Below, piece by piece: positions 48,295-64,000 of a DNA stretch of 64,000 bases. Numbering within the stretch: the first letter of the stretch is position 1; every line of letters begins with the position of its first letter. The DNA lies in contig NEEC01000011.1 in NCBI GenBank assembly GCA_002189035.1, positions 3,100,001 to 3,164,000 on the forward strand, given 5' to 3'. Source of the DNA: Utricularia gibba (Eukaryota; Plantae; Magnoliophyta). The notes beneath the pieces were generated by a model, which was not told the origin of the DNA, did no database searches, and saw nothing but the letters and a program-made list of their open reading frames with translations. Position numbers and translations under genes: made by a program.

Positions 48295-49392
48295 TCACAC
48301 CAGGAACTTGATCGAGCCATCCAAGTTCCAGCGCCCATTCGCCTCCTCTTCGTTTCCCCCAAAAGGGAAGCCACTTCTGGCATCAAACATGTTCTGGGTC
48401 GTAGAGAATCCCTTGGGGTGGCTGGAGGCATCGCAGCCGGTGCTGCTGAATGTTCCACTTTTGAAAAGCTCCCATGGAGTAGCAGCTACGGGGAGGGGGT
48501 TGTTGAAATGAAAGGGATTATAACCCACGTTTTGGTTTTGGGGTTTAGGGTTTTTCAGCACAAGGGTTTGTGGGTTGAGATCTGGGGCTGGTTTCTTGGA
48601 TGCTGAGGGCGAGGATGAGGAGGAAGATGATGAGGAAGAAGATCTTTTGTTCTTCCTTGAGCTTCCACCAACGGGAACATTCCTAAGGGAACCGCCTTCT
48701 GTCCAGTACCTTCTACAGTTCTTGCAGAAGTATCTGGGCTGAGAGAGGCTGTAGTTGTTGTAGTAACAGAATTTGGTGTTGGGAGATGTGCATCTTGGGC
48801 ATTTTAGAGGACTTGCATTTGGTGGGTTCGGCTTCTTCTCTGAAGCTGCTGCTGTTGTTTGATCAAAAACTACTCCAGCTCCAGTACCCTGGTGACAAGT
48901 TAAGCCAAATTAGAAGCCCACAAGTTGGCACAGAAGAAGCATAAAAAAAAACGTGTTAACAGAAGAAATGGCTAATAGCAGTGGCCTTGAAAGTGTTCCG
49001 TTTTAAGGATGAGATCAACTTGAGAAACTGTGATGCAACTAGTTATCCATTTCCTAAGCATCTTCGAATTGAGTGGATAAGAACAAGTAGTTCTTTTTCT
49101 TCATGTTGGCAAGACATATTTTTGTCTTGATTTTTCCTGATAAATCTCATCTTAGGTCTTGTGAAACAACTAGGAGTAGGCAGAAACTGAGGCTCAGCCA
49201 ATGAAGGTATTTATCATGTATCATCAGCAGCAGCAAGGAGGGGGTGGATGAAATCATGAAACAACGGATTAAGAGGAAGATCACAAGACAAATCAGCCCT
49301 AAAAAGATACAAAAACCCTCTGTAAACAAAGAAAGTAAGTGAGCAATAGGAGGATGCCTTTTTATCACCTGTGGCCACCAGGAAGAATCCAT
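48295..49392 (-). CDS. Dof zinc-finger transcription factor (2 exons: 49392-49369 and 48888-48295; 206 aa)
   Basis: Micro first exon MDSSWWPQ, then [53 protein letters not shown]. The Dof domain is missed by the ORF track because it lacks an upstream in-frame start codon in exon 2. Confidence 0.93.
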
Positions 49393-50238
49393 GGCTGAGC
49401 TGAGGAGCAAGAAAGAAAAAGGACGAGCAGAGGAGAGAAAAAAGGAGTGACGGATGTGAATGTGGTGGTGATGGAGGAATGAAAAAGAATAGTGTTTTGG
49501 GTTTTGGCTGTTGCCAATGTTCCCATCCTCCTCTGACCCACCGCTGCCAGTTCCACTCCCACGGACGCTACTCTAAAATAATGCAAACCTTTTTTCCGCT
49601 TTGCACTCACCTCGATTCAAGAACATGATGTGATTGACAGTACAATCATAATGACGGCAATGATATCATCCTCCTCCCCTTCAATCTCTCTCCTATATCC
49701 ATTAATTAAGAAGCTTACTAAATGAAAGAACAGCAACATTGCATGGGACACGAACAATTGCCTCGTTTTTTTGTCCAAATTATGTGGCAGTATTTATTTA
49801 CCTACCGTGATGGCGAGGCCCCAGACTGGACGGGATTGAGCACGGGAAACGTGGGCGGCTGGGCGATGATGCCATGCCTGGCGCTTTTGCCAGTTCCCTC
49901 CTGCCGCTGCCCATTCCTATTCTTTCATAATTCTCAAGACAAAAAGAAAAAAGGGCATCACCCTCATTTGTACAGCACATATTTACCATGTGCATGTGTT
50001 CTAGGGGGTATTTTACGTGAACATAGTTAAGGATAAAGCAATTTTTTGAATTAATTTTTGAATCGTGCAGATGCGTCCAAAATCAGCCAGGACAATCATG
50101 CGAGACTAACTAAGCGTGTACAGGAAACTCTATGTACAGGGAGACCATGTGGTGGTACAACTTCACATTCTAAGAGATGACAATACATTGTTACAATCTG
50201 AATGGCAACCAGCAGATGCAAACCTTTTGTTTTGTCTC

Positions 50239-52699
50239 TTACTCGTTCAGTTTGCACACATCAATGAACTTCTGGACTGCGTTGTGGTACTGGGTTCCCT
50301 GAGGACAAAGCTCATGGATAAAAATGGTATCGTGGGTCGTGCGATGGTGCAAGGTGGTCGCAGTAGAATTTAGTACTAGAAAGAGAGCTACCTCCCAGTA
50401 AAGTTGGCGGCAGTCCCTGCATTGCCAGAACTCCAAATTTTTGTTGAACAAGCACTTGGGGACCTCCTGGAAACCTTTTGCAGCTTCAACCGCTTCTTCA
50501 GTTGTGAGGGGTTTCTGAATAAAGCACCCGTTGCACTTCGTGCACCTCGACATCAACTGATCTTCAGAAATTTTGAGCTGAAATGCCTCAATAACCTGCA
50601 CAAGGCGGTAATTAAAATTCATCCATGTTCCAAATGTTCTTGGGGAGGAGGCGTGCAAAAGTAGCTGGAAATAAGCCGGTTCCCCATGTCAGTAACCTTG
50701 GGCAAGCATAAGACAACATTACCTCGAGAAGCTGATCATTTTTTATAAGGTTCTTGATCCTGTATATTTGATTCTTAATGAGATATCCATGCCTCAGAAG
50801 CTTTACGTCTCGAGTTAAAATTACTCGTCCCTCCTTTTGGGCTTGCGTTATCAAATCCCTTGAGAAACATAAGTCAAACATTCAGATGGGTGATGCAGAA
50901 TTTGTATATGCACGAATTGTACCTAGCTCCAGGCTTTTTGGAGATAGGGACCGCAGCATCTATCCCGACACAACGTAAATGCTTTGCCAGTCCTTCAATC
51001 TGATGATAAACCCACAAGAAAATGAGTTTTGTAACGTAAAAAATCATATAATTAAAGGAGATGATTAAAAACATGCTATACCATTACATCACATAAAAAC
51101 TTAGGCTGTCCATCACCTCCCAGTGCCGGATCCCATGGAGAAGGACCTCTCACATCATCTAAACTCTCAATATCCTTTTCCCTTGGAACAGAAACACCTG
51201 AGGAACTTTTAACTTTCCTTCTGGCACCTTTTGGCCTCCGGTCCATATCCTTCAACACTAGTTTGTCACCGTGTTTCCGGATGACCCATACAAGGTAACT
51301 ATCTATTTGCGGAGCAATACTGGAGGGGTTGGAGGATTCTATTCTGTCAACAATCTCCACTCCGTTTTCTACTTCTGGTATAGCTACACGAGCCATATTT
51401 GCGGCATCACACAACTTGTTTGTCAATACAATGTTACACCTATCTGGCAACTCCAGTATCTCCTTTAACCCAGAAATAGAATCCGAAGGCGAGTGCTTTT
51501 TTTGTCTCTGGGAAGGAATCCCTGCATTAAAAAACCAACGTGAGCAATTCAATAAATTTGAGATGAACAAATCTACAGCATCCCCAATAAAATATGTTAC
51601 GAAACAAGATCAACCTTCTCTAACAACCTGTGCAAGGAACACATTAAAAATCTCCACCAGACAGTGGGCATCTGCAGCAGCATAAGCCTTTTGCTCTCCT
51701 GTCAGAGGGCGCTGCGACCAGTCACTGCACTGAAGTTCCTGGAGGGAGAAATTTCATGGTGATGAACTACACTCACCTCGGAAATGCATAGAAATGCAGT
51801 AACTTATTTTCAAAGTTTTGCAATTTGATTACATGACACCATGTTTGAAACGCAAACCTTGGAGAGGGAAATGCCTAAAACTTCTTTGCATATAGTTGCC
51901 AAACTCTTGTTATGCTTTGGTAGCTTTCTTCCAGATACTTTCGGTTGCAGAGAGTTATATATGGCAGAAACGTCAATATAAGGTTCAACCTGAAAATAGT
52001 TTGCTGAAGTCACAGAAAATTTGAAACAACAAACTACTCGAAACATTCAAAATGAACAAACTTGCTGCCATTTGGTCTAACGAAATTTATCTTATGGAGC
52101 CAAATCCCATTGCTACTGCAATAACAAAAAAAAGAACGCACAAGAACGCATCCTTCTGATACTTTTGAACCTCATTTTAGATCATTAAGACTGCATAATC
52201 ACCACCGACGCAAGATTTCAACAGCCATTTCATAGATTATCAGCAGTCCGAGCCTCACTCCCCTGTCGGAATCCATTTAAGAGAACCTATAACATAGGAG
52301 GGAAAAATAAACTACACATACTCTGTCGAAGCCACGACCGCAGCCTCGCTCACAAAAGGTCGATGATAAATACATCAAATCCTGTTTAAATCTGAACCCC
52401 AATTTAATCACAGCAACAGAAACCAGCATTTCGCTCAACAATCCATAAACCTCCTCAAGATCCATCATCTGCAGATCGAGAAGAAATACCGGCAACTCCT
52501 CGGAGTCGACAATCCGGCAGGCGATTTGCAAGAGCGAGACATTTGGAAACGTCGAGGCGCTGCGGTTGGGTTTCCATTCGGCGTCAAGACCAATCACCGA
52601 CGAGTGAGTCAACGCGTGTCTCAGATGACAGAACTCCCGCGAGTCGTTTCCGGCGACGAGGTGAATTGCCGGAGCTTTCGCGTGGACCGTTGAATCCAT
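50239..52699 (-). CDS. Exonuclease mut-7-like (DEDDy 3'-5' exonuclease plus Mut7-C domain), 8 exons
   Basis: IGLDAEWKP, KLGFRFKQDL, CSDWSQRPL..EQKAYAAADAHCL, KFLCDVMIEGLAKHLRCVGIDA, SRCTKCNG, FWQCRDCRQLYWEGTQY; all junctions join in frame. Confidence 0.92.
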
Positions 52700-53346
52700 T
52701 AACCGATTAGACATAACTTGACGAGCCTCCATATTAACTAACATGGGCTCGGCCCACTAAAATTAGTATATAAAAATTATTTTTCAATATAAATATAAAC
52801 CAAAATTCAAATCCATTTAAGTGGATCATTTTGAAAATAAAAATTATTTCTAAGAAAATATATCTGCATTTCGGATAAATCTTATGCATTTTGAGTATTA
52901 TTTTCGAATAATAATCAATTTTTTTATTACAGAAAAATAGATATTTCTTCACGACACGTATACCGGAAGCCCGACGCAAGCAGGCGACACCGCCATTTTC
53001 CTCTCTGGTTAACTTGTGCTACTTGTTTGTGTATTAACTCTCGGCGCTGGAGGTTTCTTATCATTTCTTCCTCCTCCGCCGGCCGTAATTTGTCGCCGTG
53101 AATCTCCTTTGCTTTGCGTGTCGGGGAATCAGATCCTTGTGTTTCGTATGCGGAACGACTCGCGTGACAATTTCTGATTCTCGTGGAGGTTTCTTAGGGT
53201 TTGTTGCGATCGTTGACCTAGTTGTTGTATTTTAGTAAAGCTTGTGATATTAGAGGTCGCTTCCGTAAGTCTTTGTGGTTGATTTAGGTAAAGTGGAATA
53301 AGTCGGATCGTTTTCCTGGCTTGATATTGTTGTTGTTGCGAGCGAT

Positions 53347-55096
53347 ATGGCGGAGTGGCAGCAGGTTTATCAATCGATATTCATCGGCTTCATATTCTCG
53401 TTCTTGCTGGCGAAACTGTTTTCGGTAATCTTTGCTTTCCGCGATGAGAATCTCCGGGTCGTGCGTTCGCATTCTGTGGAGCCTGAAACGGAACCGGAGC
53501 CTGAATTGGAGCCGACGCGATTGGATCCTTCTTCATATGTTTTGGAGGAAAATGAACCAATTATTGCTCATGGAGATGACATATCGAAGAACGATGATGT
53601 TGTGATTAGTGAAAAAGAACCGTTGATTGGAGACTCGGAGGAGTCTGATGATGATTGGGAGGGGGTTGAGAGTACAGAGTTAGATGAAATGTTTAGTGCT
53701 GCGACAGCATTCGTTGCTGCAACGGCGGCAGATCGGGGAGCCTTGAAGGTGTCGAATGAAGTCCAGTTGCAGCTTTATGGCTTTTATAAGATTGCTACCG
53801 AGGGACCGTGTACTGCTCCCCAGCCATCAGCTCTGAAAATGTCCTCTCGTGCTAAATGGTAAATTTTGTTTTTTTTAAATGGCCTTATAGGGGTTCCCTT
53901 CAGTAGCTTTCCGTCTAAACTGGACTTCGCCATATCCCAATTTTTTATTTTTCTCTTAATGATCCATGTTTCTTGAAAATATTTCTTCGAGAAAAAAGTG
54001 GATATTTGGGACATTTTAGTAGATAACTGTTTTTTAAGCGGTCGGAACTTATATATTTTAGGCAAGCTTGGAAAAAATTGGGATCCATGGCCGCGGAAGA
54101 AGCAATGCAGAAGTATATTGACATTGTCTCTGAGATACATCCCTCTTGGGCTTCTGGCTCTACTAGTGTGAGATCATTGATTTCCTAGTGCTTCTTTCTT
54201 GCATGGGCGATATATGCCAGGGCTACTCTTCCATGTTATGTCATTCTTTGTCTGTGTCCTGCAGAAAACAGAGGAAGAAATACCCAGTGATGCGCCCACG
54301 TCAGGTTCGTCCGGGCCGATGGGGCCTGTTTTTAGTACCTTCATATACAACGAGGAGGAACAAGGGTCTGAATTGTAAGGATATCCTGAACTTGTTCTGT
54401 GGTTTTGTTGTTTCAAATTCTTTGACTAAGTTCTTCGCACCTTTTTGTTTGTGCATCCACATTCTTGTAATCTTTAGATATCAGGAAGTTGATAATGTGC
54501 TGGTTTTGATTTCGTTCTTATGTTTTCTCTGCAGGAAGTTGGAAGCTATACATGCCTTTTCACGAGAAGGAGATGAGGAGAATGTTCTCAAATGCCTTGA
54601 CAGTGGTGTTCCTGTAAATCTAAAGGGTGAGTTGTTTTATGCTATATGTCAAGTGTGCCATAGTTACGTGAGCTGAGTTAGATGATCCTGGTTGCCTGGC
54701 ATGACATTTCATACTAAAGCAGTGTACTTTTTTCAGATAGCGAGGGCCGCACACCGTTACACTGGGCAGTAGATCGTGGCCATTTGAAGGTTGCTGAAAC
54801 ACTACTGAAAAGGAATGCAGATGTCAATGCAAAGGTACAACGAATCAACCGCGTTAACCACGAAGGATACTTTCTGCATTGTTTTTTAATGGTGCTGGCA
54901 CGCCATTCTCTTGAAGGATAACGAAGGCCAAACTGCACTGCATTATGCCGCTGTCTGCGAGAGAGCCACCATAGCCCAACTCCTGGTTCAGAGGGGTGCC
55001 AATATACTACTAACTGACAACGAGGGTGACGCTCCAAAGGATCTCTGCTCATCCACCTGGTCCGGTTTGGCTCTTCTTGTAAAATCCACTGACTGA
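53347..55096 (+). CDS. ACBP1: Acyl-CoA-binding protein with ankyrin repeats (ACBP1/2 class), 6 exons
   Basis: N-terminal TM FIGFIFSFLLAKLFSVI, DDDWEGVESTELDEMF, LQLYGFYKIATEGPC, ankyrins DSEGRTPLHWAVDRGH and DNEGQTALHYA. Confidence 0.92.
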
Positions 55097-55614
55097 ATCG
55101 CTGCTGCTAAATCATTCCAGACGTCATCAATTCCATACTTGGTGTTAATAACTCCACTCTGCTCATGGCATCATTATTGCTATTTAACCCTCCAAAGTGG
55201 TTCACAGATGGTGGAGCCTCTAGCTACAGAAGGAGGCAGGGCTCACTATTTTCCAGCCCCTCTTCTTAAGCTCGGTTGTTTAATAATTATAATATGCTTG
55301 TTGGCTGGTGGTGACAGACAGGTAACCTGAACATGTGTCATAACCTTCGCACTGATATAATATATAGGTATTGTGGTATAGCATCTTTTTCTTTTCCTTT
55401 GATCTGACTATGATGGCACACATGGATGGTCTGTGGTGAGGGAAATAACAGGTACTAATTGCTGGAGAAAACTTTAGAATAAATTTTTGAAGGTTGGAGA
55501 GTATCAGAGCCCGGACCCTGACCAGTTTACAAGGGAAGCTCAGGGCGGGTACTGTCCTGCAAAACTATTCAAGCAATGAACGGACACCGCGGGGAGAAAA
55601 CAATAACTCATCTA

Positions 55615-58409
<2,795 letters not shown>

Positions 58410-58562
58410 CTTCAAACCAGCAGCGATTCCCCCGAGCCTCAGAGATCTACGTTTCTTCGCTGTTCAACCTTTCTACGTTGCGAGCGGGTTCTAGAAACGT
58501 TCGGAACGTGGAGGGGAGCATTTTATAGGAGCGGGGGTGCATCGTTCCCTCGTCACTCGTGC

Positions 58563-58697
58563 TGACGTGGACCAATGAAATATCCGGGTTATGTAGTCGC
58601 GTCTGATCTGTTATTCGACCGCAGCTGCGTGGACAGCGGGCCTCACGTAGACCAAACGCAGGGGATTATTGTGTCATGAGTGTTGACGTGGCCCAAT
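58563..58697 (-). promoter_or_regulatory. Two ERSE-II/UPRE composite sites in the BiP promoter
   Basis: ATTGGTCCACGTCA at 58563-58576 and ATTGGGCCACGTCA at 58684-58697 on the minus strand; TATA-like ctataaaa near 58521-58528. Confidence 0.8.
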
Positions 58698-58952
58698 CAC
58701 ATACAGAGAGAAAGAGCTGAGACCAATAGAATTGCTCCGCTGACTTGGCGGTGTCTCTGCCGCTCATATGCCCATCCTACGGTCAGTGAATTTTCTCTTT
58801 TGTTTCGGATTAAAATATTTTATAGTTGATTTTCTTTAAAAAGAATTAATTCAACATTTTATAATATAAAATTCTAAAATGCGCGATGGGCTTTTAGGTC
58901 AACCCCATATCACTCCACGTGTACGCATCCATTGGTCACAAATTGCAACTCA

Positions 58953-60564
58953 TCAGTATTCATCAATGTAAGTGTCCAGCATATCATCCTTCCTGGAGCT
59001 CCGCCGGGAGAGCAGGGCTTTTAGGAGGCGTTTGCTCTTTCCGGGGACAATGTCGCCGTCTTTCGGGGTCTGCACCGACGAAGATTTTCGGGGCTCCGGG
59101 AGTACCTGAAGCAACAAATAAGTATCACAAAAATATTAATGCATTTGCGCACAGGGTGTGTTAGGACAGGGGGAAAGAGGTTGAGATGCTGACAAATTGC
59201 TGATCATGTGATGTAGGTGTGGTTGGCCGGCTGTTACTCGGCGTGGTCGACCGTGAGGTTCTAGCAGTCGATGATGGCTTGATCGAGACTGGCCGGAGAA
59301 CTGGAAGCCTGTTTGGTGAAGCATCTGTTCTCCTTCCTGTACCCCAAAAACAGAGCATTGTATCTGACCATTAACCTGATGGTTTATTCAGCTTTAAAAG
59401 ATGAAGAAGGAGCAAACCTGAATCTTTGTTCGATTTGTTGCTTGGTAAGGAAAGGCTTCCTTCCTTTTGAGCAAGCTTAGGAGGTGGCGGCGGTGATTGA
59501 TGGAGCCTTTTACTGCAATAGTTTGAGTTCATAGAATGGTCCCTTGACTATCAAGACGAATGATGAGCTCATATCACTAACCTGATTTCTGGGATTGGCA
59601 GTTGCGGGTCTTGCATTGCGGCTCGAATGGCTGTCAGAACAACCAGTTGTAACTCTTACAAGCAAACATGGATGAAATGAACACCAGAAAAGGCTATCCT
59701 TACAGTTCTTAAGTTGACGCCAACCATCTTTGTCCTCAATGATGCATCCTTGGAACCTTGATTTGGTCCTAACCCCACCACGCATTGTCTCTCCCACTAA
59801 AAAGAAGAGTGCCCAAACAGAGAGATAAGAGTATAATGAACAATGAAAAATGATTCCAATGATAAAAGAGGACTGGTTACATGGCAAAATGTATCGATTA
59901 TAGTATTTTGGTGTGTTGATCGCTAGTCTTTGCTCTTTAACCCCTTCGCGGTCGAAGTATTCCCGGCACACGTGCAATCTCTAAATCAACAAGGAATGGA
60001 AATCAAAGCAATCAGTATAGCTGCGCAACAGAACTTCAGAAAGTACCTGCTGAATGCAGGATATGCGGAGTTCGGCTCGAGAAGCATCATCGATCTTTTC
60101 ATCCACTAAACTATTGACTCTGTAACTCATTGAGCCCAAATGGTCCACTGTATTCACGAGAGCCTTCATGGCGTAGTCCTTTAAAGTGTTCATGACCCTG
60201 CACAATGCGCTCATCTTTATTGGAGAAGGTAAAGATGGAACACCGCAGCTTACTAGCATCAACTCACACATGCTTTTGGTCGTCATTTGTATAAGAAAAC
60301 TCAAAGTATTCAGCAGCCGAATAAAGCTGTTTCCTCAGATTCCTCAAATCCTGCACATAGCACAGCATCATGAGCAATTCCCAGAGTCATGATTGATAAC
60401 TATGGCTGTTTCAAGTGTTTAGCAACTCAGGGTTTCCATGAAATGAATCAAGAAACTACCTTTAAACTCTCATGAAACATCAAATTCTTCTGCGTCGCAG
60501 CCTCACCATGAATGGCTGATTCTCGAGCAACCGGCATCAAAGAAGTTTCAGCCACAGATTCCAT
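58953..60564 (-). CDS. ABIL3: Abl-interactor-like protein (SCAR/WAVE complex), ABIL2/3 class
   Basis: [48 protein letters not shown], and C-terminal [24 protein letters not shown]. Confidence 0.9.
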
Positions 60565-61588
60565 TGAGGAGCTGTGTTATGAGAACACAGGTCAAAACTA
60601 CATTTTCTGCGGCGACAGTTTTCACAGCAGAATGAGTACGCTTAGCCAAACACTTTCTTTCAAGTTTAAGACTCCAAACAGAAACAACAAGAAAGTTGGA
60701 TGCAGGCTTTTTTTAACAACAGAAAAAAAAAAAAAAGGAACAAAAGAACCATACAGAGCTTGTTCCCACTTAAAGAAGTGTTTAATGATCTAAATTTTCT
60801 TCACAAAGCACCGGAAATCACGGCCAAAGGAGACAAAAAGTAAACCTTAAACAGTTCTACCAAGTTCCACCACTATGTTGCTTTTACGCCTAGCCGAGGA
60901 ATGAAAAGCTGAAAAACTGCAAACCAGATGGCAAATGAATGGGAAAATGCTGACCTTCAAGAGTAATGGATTGCCATTCAACCCACCAACCAAACCACCC
61001 ACGAGCATTTACACAATATAAACCCCGTATTCGTGTCATCTTCAACCGAAAAATGAACTTTTGTGACCACCCACATTCAGTTTTCGATCACAGAATCTGT
61101 TTTGCGAGAGAAAAAGGACAAATTGAAGCAGGCCCACTAATCCCCAAGTCACTATTATGATTTAGGCACCGATTGACTAAACCCCAGAAGCAAATGTCAA
61201 CCTTACTTTCTGTCTCCTTCCTCTGGCGGTAACTTGGAACGCCATTACTGTGAGAGTATGTGCCAAATCAAGCTATTTAAATGGCGACCGATCAAAACAA
61301 GGAAAAAGGAATCCGAGAGCCTCGGAGAGAGGGGATACCAACGGATAGTACGCTATATCTAAATGACTTTAATACCCTTACCAGTACTCTTTAATTACCA
61401 CACGTCCATTCCCAATGAATGGGAGTTGGGGGACAACCGTTGCCGATGGACCACAAGGTCTAAATAGACATTACACTCTTAACAACAGACCACGTGGCCA
61501 ACCCAGTAACTAATAATAGACAATTATTAATAATAAATTACTAATAATACCAAAAAAATTGCATGGAGACAAGACCCATTTTAGCGTT

Positions 61589-63782
61589 CTACTTGAGATG
61601 TCTGATGCCATTGCAGGCCAGGGTGCCTTCGAGGTTTCCGATGATTCGGGATATTCGGATTTCCAGCCCCGTTTGAACTTCTCTGAAGAGGGTTCTCATG
61701 GTGTCAGCAAATCGTTTTGCTTCGAACCTCTGAGCACGTTGGATCTTCGCTTCTTCGCCTTCATATAAAAGGGAAATCTTGGCTTGCACTTGTGTTAGCT
61801 TTTGCCCTGTTGCAACCATATACCGCTGTAGCTGAAAGGTTTCTCCTAGAAAATGCTCCAGGATCTTGGTATCATCTCGTCTAGTAGAATTGCCTGGACG
61901 ATCTCTGCTTGAATCCAGGTTGTTTTCTACCTGCGGTTTGTAGAAAATAGAGGGAGTATGTGAGGATAGAAGACACAGGAATCGAGTTTATGAATAAAAA
62001 GGTGTTCGTGCTAGAGCGACCATTCGTTGGCAGAGATCGTCTGTTTTTCCTTGAAGGGACTGATAGCGATCCACCTGTTTGCTGAGAAGTGATATCAGCA
62101 TTGCATTGCCTTCACTCTCAGTGCTCCCACATTCTTGCTTTCCCTTCAACCTTTCGAGTACTAGAAGTTGCTGCTTCAGCCTCTTTATCTTGTAAGTAAC
62201 TCCGAGTGCATGAAGGTCTAGTTTCCTGGTGGAACCGTTGAATTCAGTTCTCTTTCTGGTGCAGGCAACATCATTTGAGACTATAATCGAATGGGGAGCT
62301 GCATCGACCACCGCATCCTTATTAGGATATTCAATAGCCAAAACTACGTCATCGAGCTGATCATCACTAGGGTATTTCTCCACCTTAACTTCTTGCATTT
62401 CATCTTCTGGAGTGCTGTTGACGAAGCTTTCTTCGTAGCAGATAATGCTGCGGTTAGTGGCTTCTTCGCTCGGAGATGAATTGAACTCCTGCTTGTGGAG
62501 ATCTGGAGAACTTTGACTCGCTAACTGCTTTTGTTTCAGTGCATGCAGCTCTCTCTTTTGATCTAGAGTCTGTGCCTCGAGCTTCATGTTCTCCTTCCTC
62601 AGCTGTGCAAAGTCTCGTTCCAGTGCATGGACGTATGATCGCAACTCCTCTGTTTCTGCTTCGGTTTCCAACAAACTAGATTGAAGGGCTTTCAGGCTTT
62701 CATCTTTGAGTCTGAGTCGCTCAACAAAAGCTTCTATCTCGACATTATACCTTCCCCATCTTCCTCCTCCAAATCTGCTTCGTGTTCGTCGCTTGCGGCG
62801 GCGATCAAATACGGTTCGGATGCAAGGGAAAGCATGCCATTTCCTCTTCTCATCTCAGGTTGATCATAACTTTCCATTTGGTTAAACAGCAAGTTTTTGA
62901 ACAAATGTTTCTCATTCTTGGACTCTTTCCACTTCTCTGCTTCTGGCTTTCTTGCTTCCTCATCTTCCTTATCGATTTAAATCCCTTCAAAGGAAACTGT
63001 CTGTCTTCCTCAGACTTCCCCCGGATAGCAGATAGCAACTGGTCCTTTTGCTCCAATTCCCTGCGCAGCTCCGTTAGCTCAGCAGACAATCTCTGGTTCA
63101 TGGCCACAGCTTTCTCCTTCTGCTCCCTTACCGGATTCGCTGCTTCGAGTCGTCTCTCAGCCCGGTTCAGCTCCGCTTGAAGCTGTCTCTGAGCTGAAAC
63201 AAGCTCTATAATGGCGGTCTTGTGCTTCATAATGTGCGCTGAATGGCGCTCAGCTTCGTGCCTTGCAATTTCCCTCAGCTCATCAACAGCAGTCTCAGCT
63301 GCAGTGGCCTTTTCCTCCATCTCCCGTCTCCTCTCTTCGATTTCTTCGATCTGTACATCCTTTTCCAGCACGAGACTCTCACTTTCCTCCAGCCTTCGCC
63401 TTAACTCAGATGCGCATTTTTCACCATCTGCCTCAACTGCTCTCACTTCATGCATAAGTAACTCTATCTGTTGCCTGAGGATCTTCCTCTCATTGAACCA
63501 GCTCTGCTCTTTTGCAGCAAAGATGCTCACTACCCTCTCATTCGCCTTTGATTCTTCATTTCTTCGTTTGATCAATTCCTCGATCTGTCTTTCAGCGGTT
63601 TCCAGCTTCCGAACACTCCACAGACATGCTCCAAATAGATATGAACAGCAAAAGCTGTGTCTCTCAGGCTCAGATGAGACATTTAGAGCAAAAAATGCAC
63701 AAGAAACACCAAGAAACACAGGGTAGAAACTGTCAATCCTCTCCTGATACGCAGCAGGAACAGAGGCTGCATCTTCATCCAT
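61589..63782 (-). CDS. Long coiled-coil protein (At5g53020-like) with two apparent 1-nt frameshifts
   Basis: FYPVFLGVSCAFFAL, ANERVVSIFAAKEQSW, AQRQLQAEL, LDLHALGVTYKIKRLKQQL, ETFQLQRYMVATGQKL, GLEIRISRIIGNLEGTLA. A 5'UTR intron extends toward the window end. Confidence 0.85.
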
Positions 63783-64000
63783 GACCCAATCTTTATGCTA
63801 ATTCTGAAACTCACAAGTAGAAGATGATCGATAGATCATGTTTTTGCATGAAACGCATACACAACAACATCATACCAAGTTCAATCTCCTCCCAAAGCTA
63901 AAATCAAGCATCAAAACCAGAAATGAAGGAGACCCAGAAAAGGAAGACGACGAAGAAGTGCTCACCAAACACTTCGACTTCTTCAGAAAACTCCCAGCAG

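Noticed and set aside
59095-59195. Apparent frameshift at the start of the last ABIL exon
   Set aside because: A phase-0 donor ttt|gtcagc joined to cag|GTA CTC CCG GAG restores the homologous frame without an indel.

Overview
Gene-dense plant nuclear DNA from a eudicot. Introns are short (mostly 70-400 nt) and there is roughly one gene per 3 kb; this compactness suggests a miniature genome such as Lentibulariaceae, which is inference only. About 22 protein-coding loci can be reconstructed by hand, in order: aspartate kinase (3' part), plastid Mfd/TRCF-like helicase, REB1/TTF1-like Myb protein, group L UGT, PWO1-like PWWP protein, acidic protein with a SAP-like N-terminus, ENH1, a plastid membrane protein, MEB-like VIT protein, membrane-bound NAC, NAC-alpha, an internally deleted Nudix-like gene, PRR5-like, two tandem divergent GT77 (RGXT/MGP4-like) genes, SAUR32-like, a DUF791 MFS transporter, Dof, a mut-7-like exonuclease, ankyrin ACBP, BiP, ABIL and a coiled-coil protein. 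No rRNA, tRNA, CRISPR array or intact transposon was found. The accessory region at about 35-45 kb is the most unusual. It holds two intact GT77 paralogs lacking a conserved ~20-aa loop, each preceded by a copy of a structured non-coding module whose third copy is the upstream flank of the MFS gene (possible promoter/leader capture). Other oddities are a probable newly gained intron in the UGT, a gene-sized unexplained island at 25.1-25.9 kb, and several small frameshifts in or next to short base runs that probably reflect assembly error.
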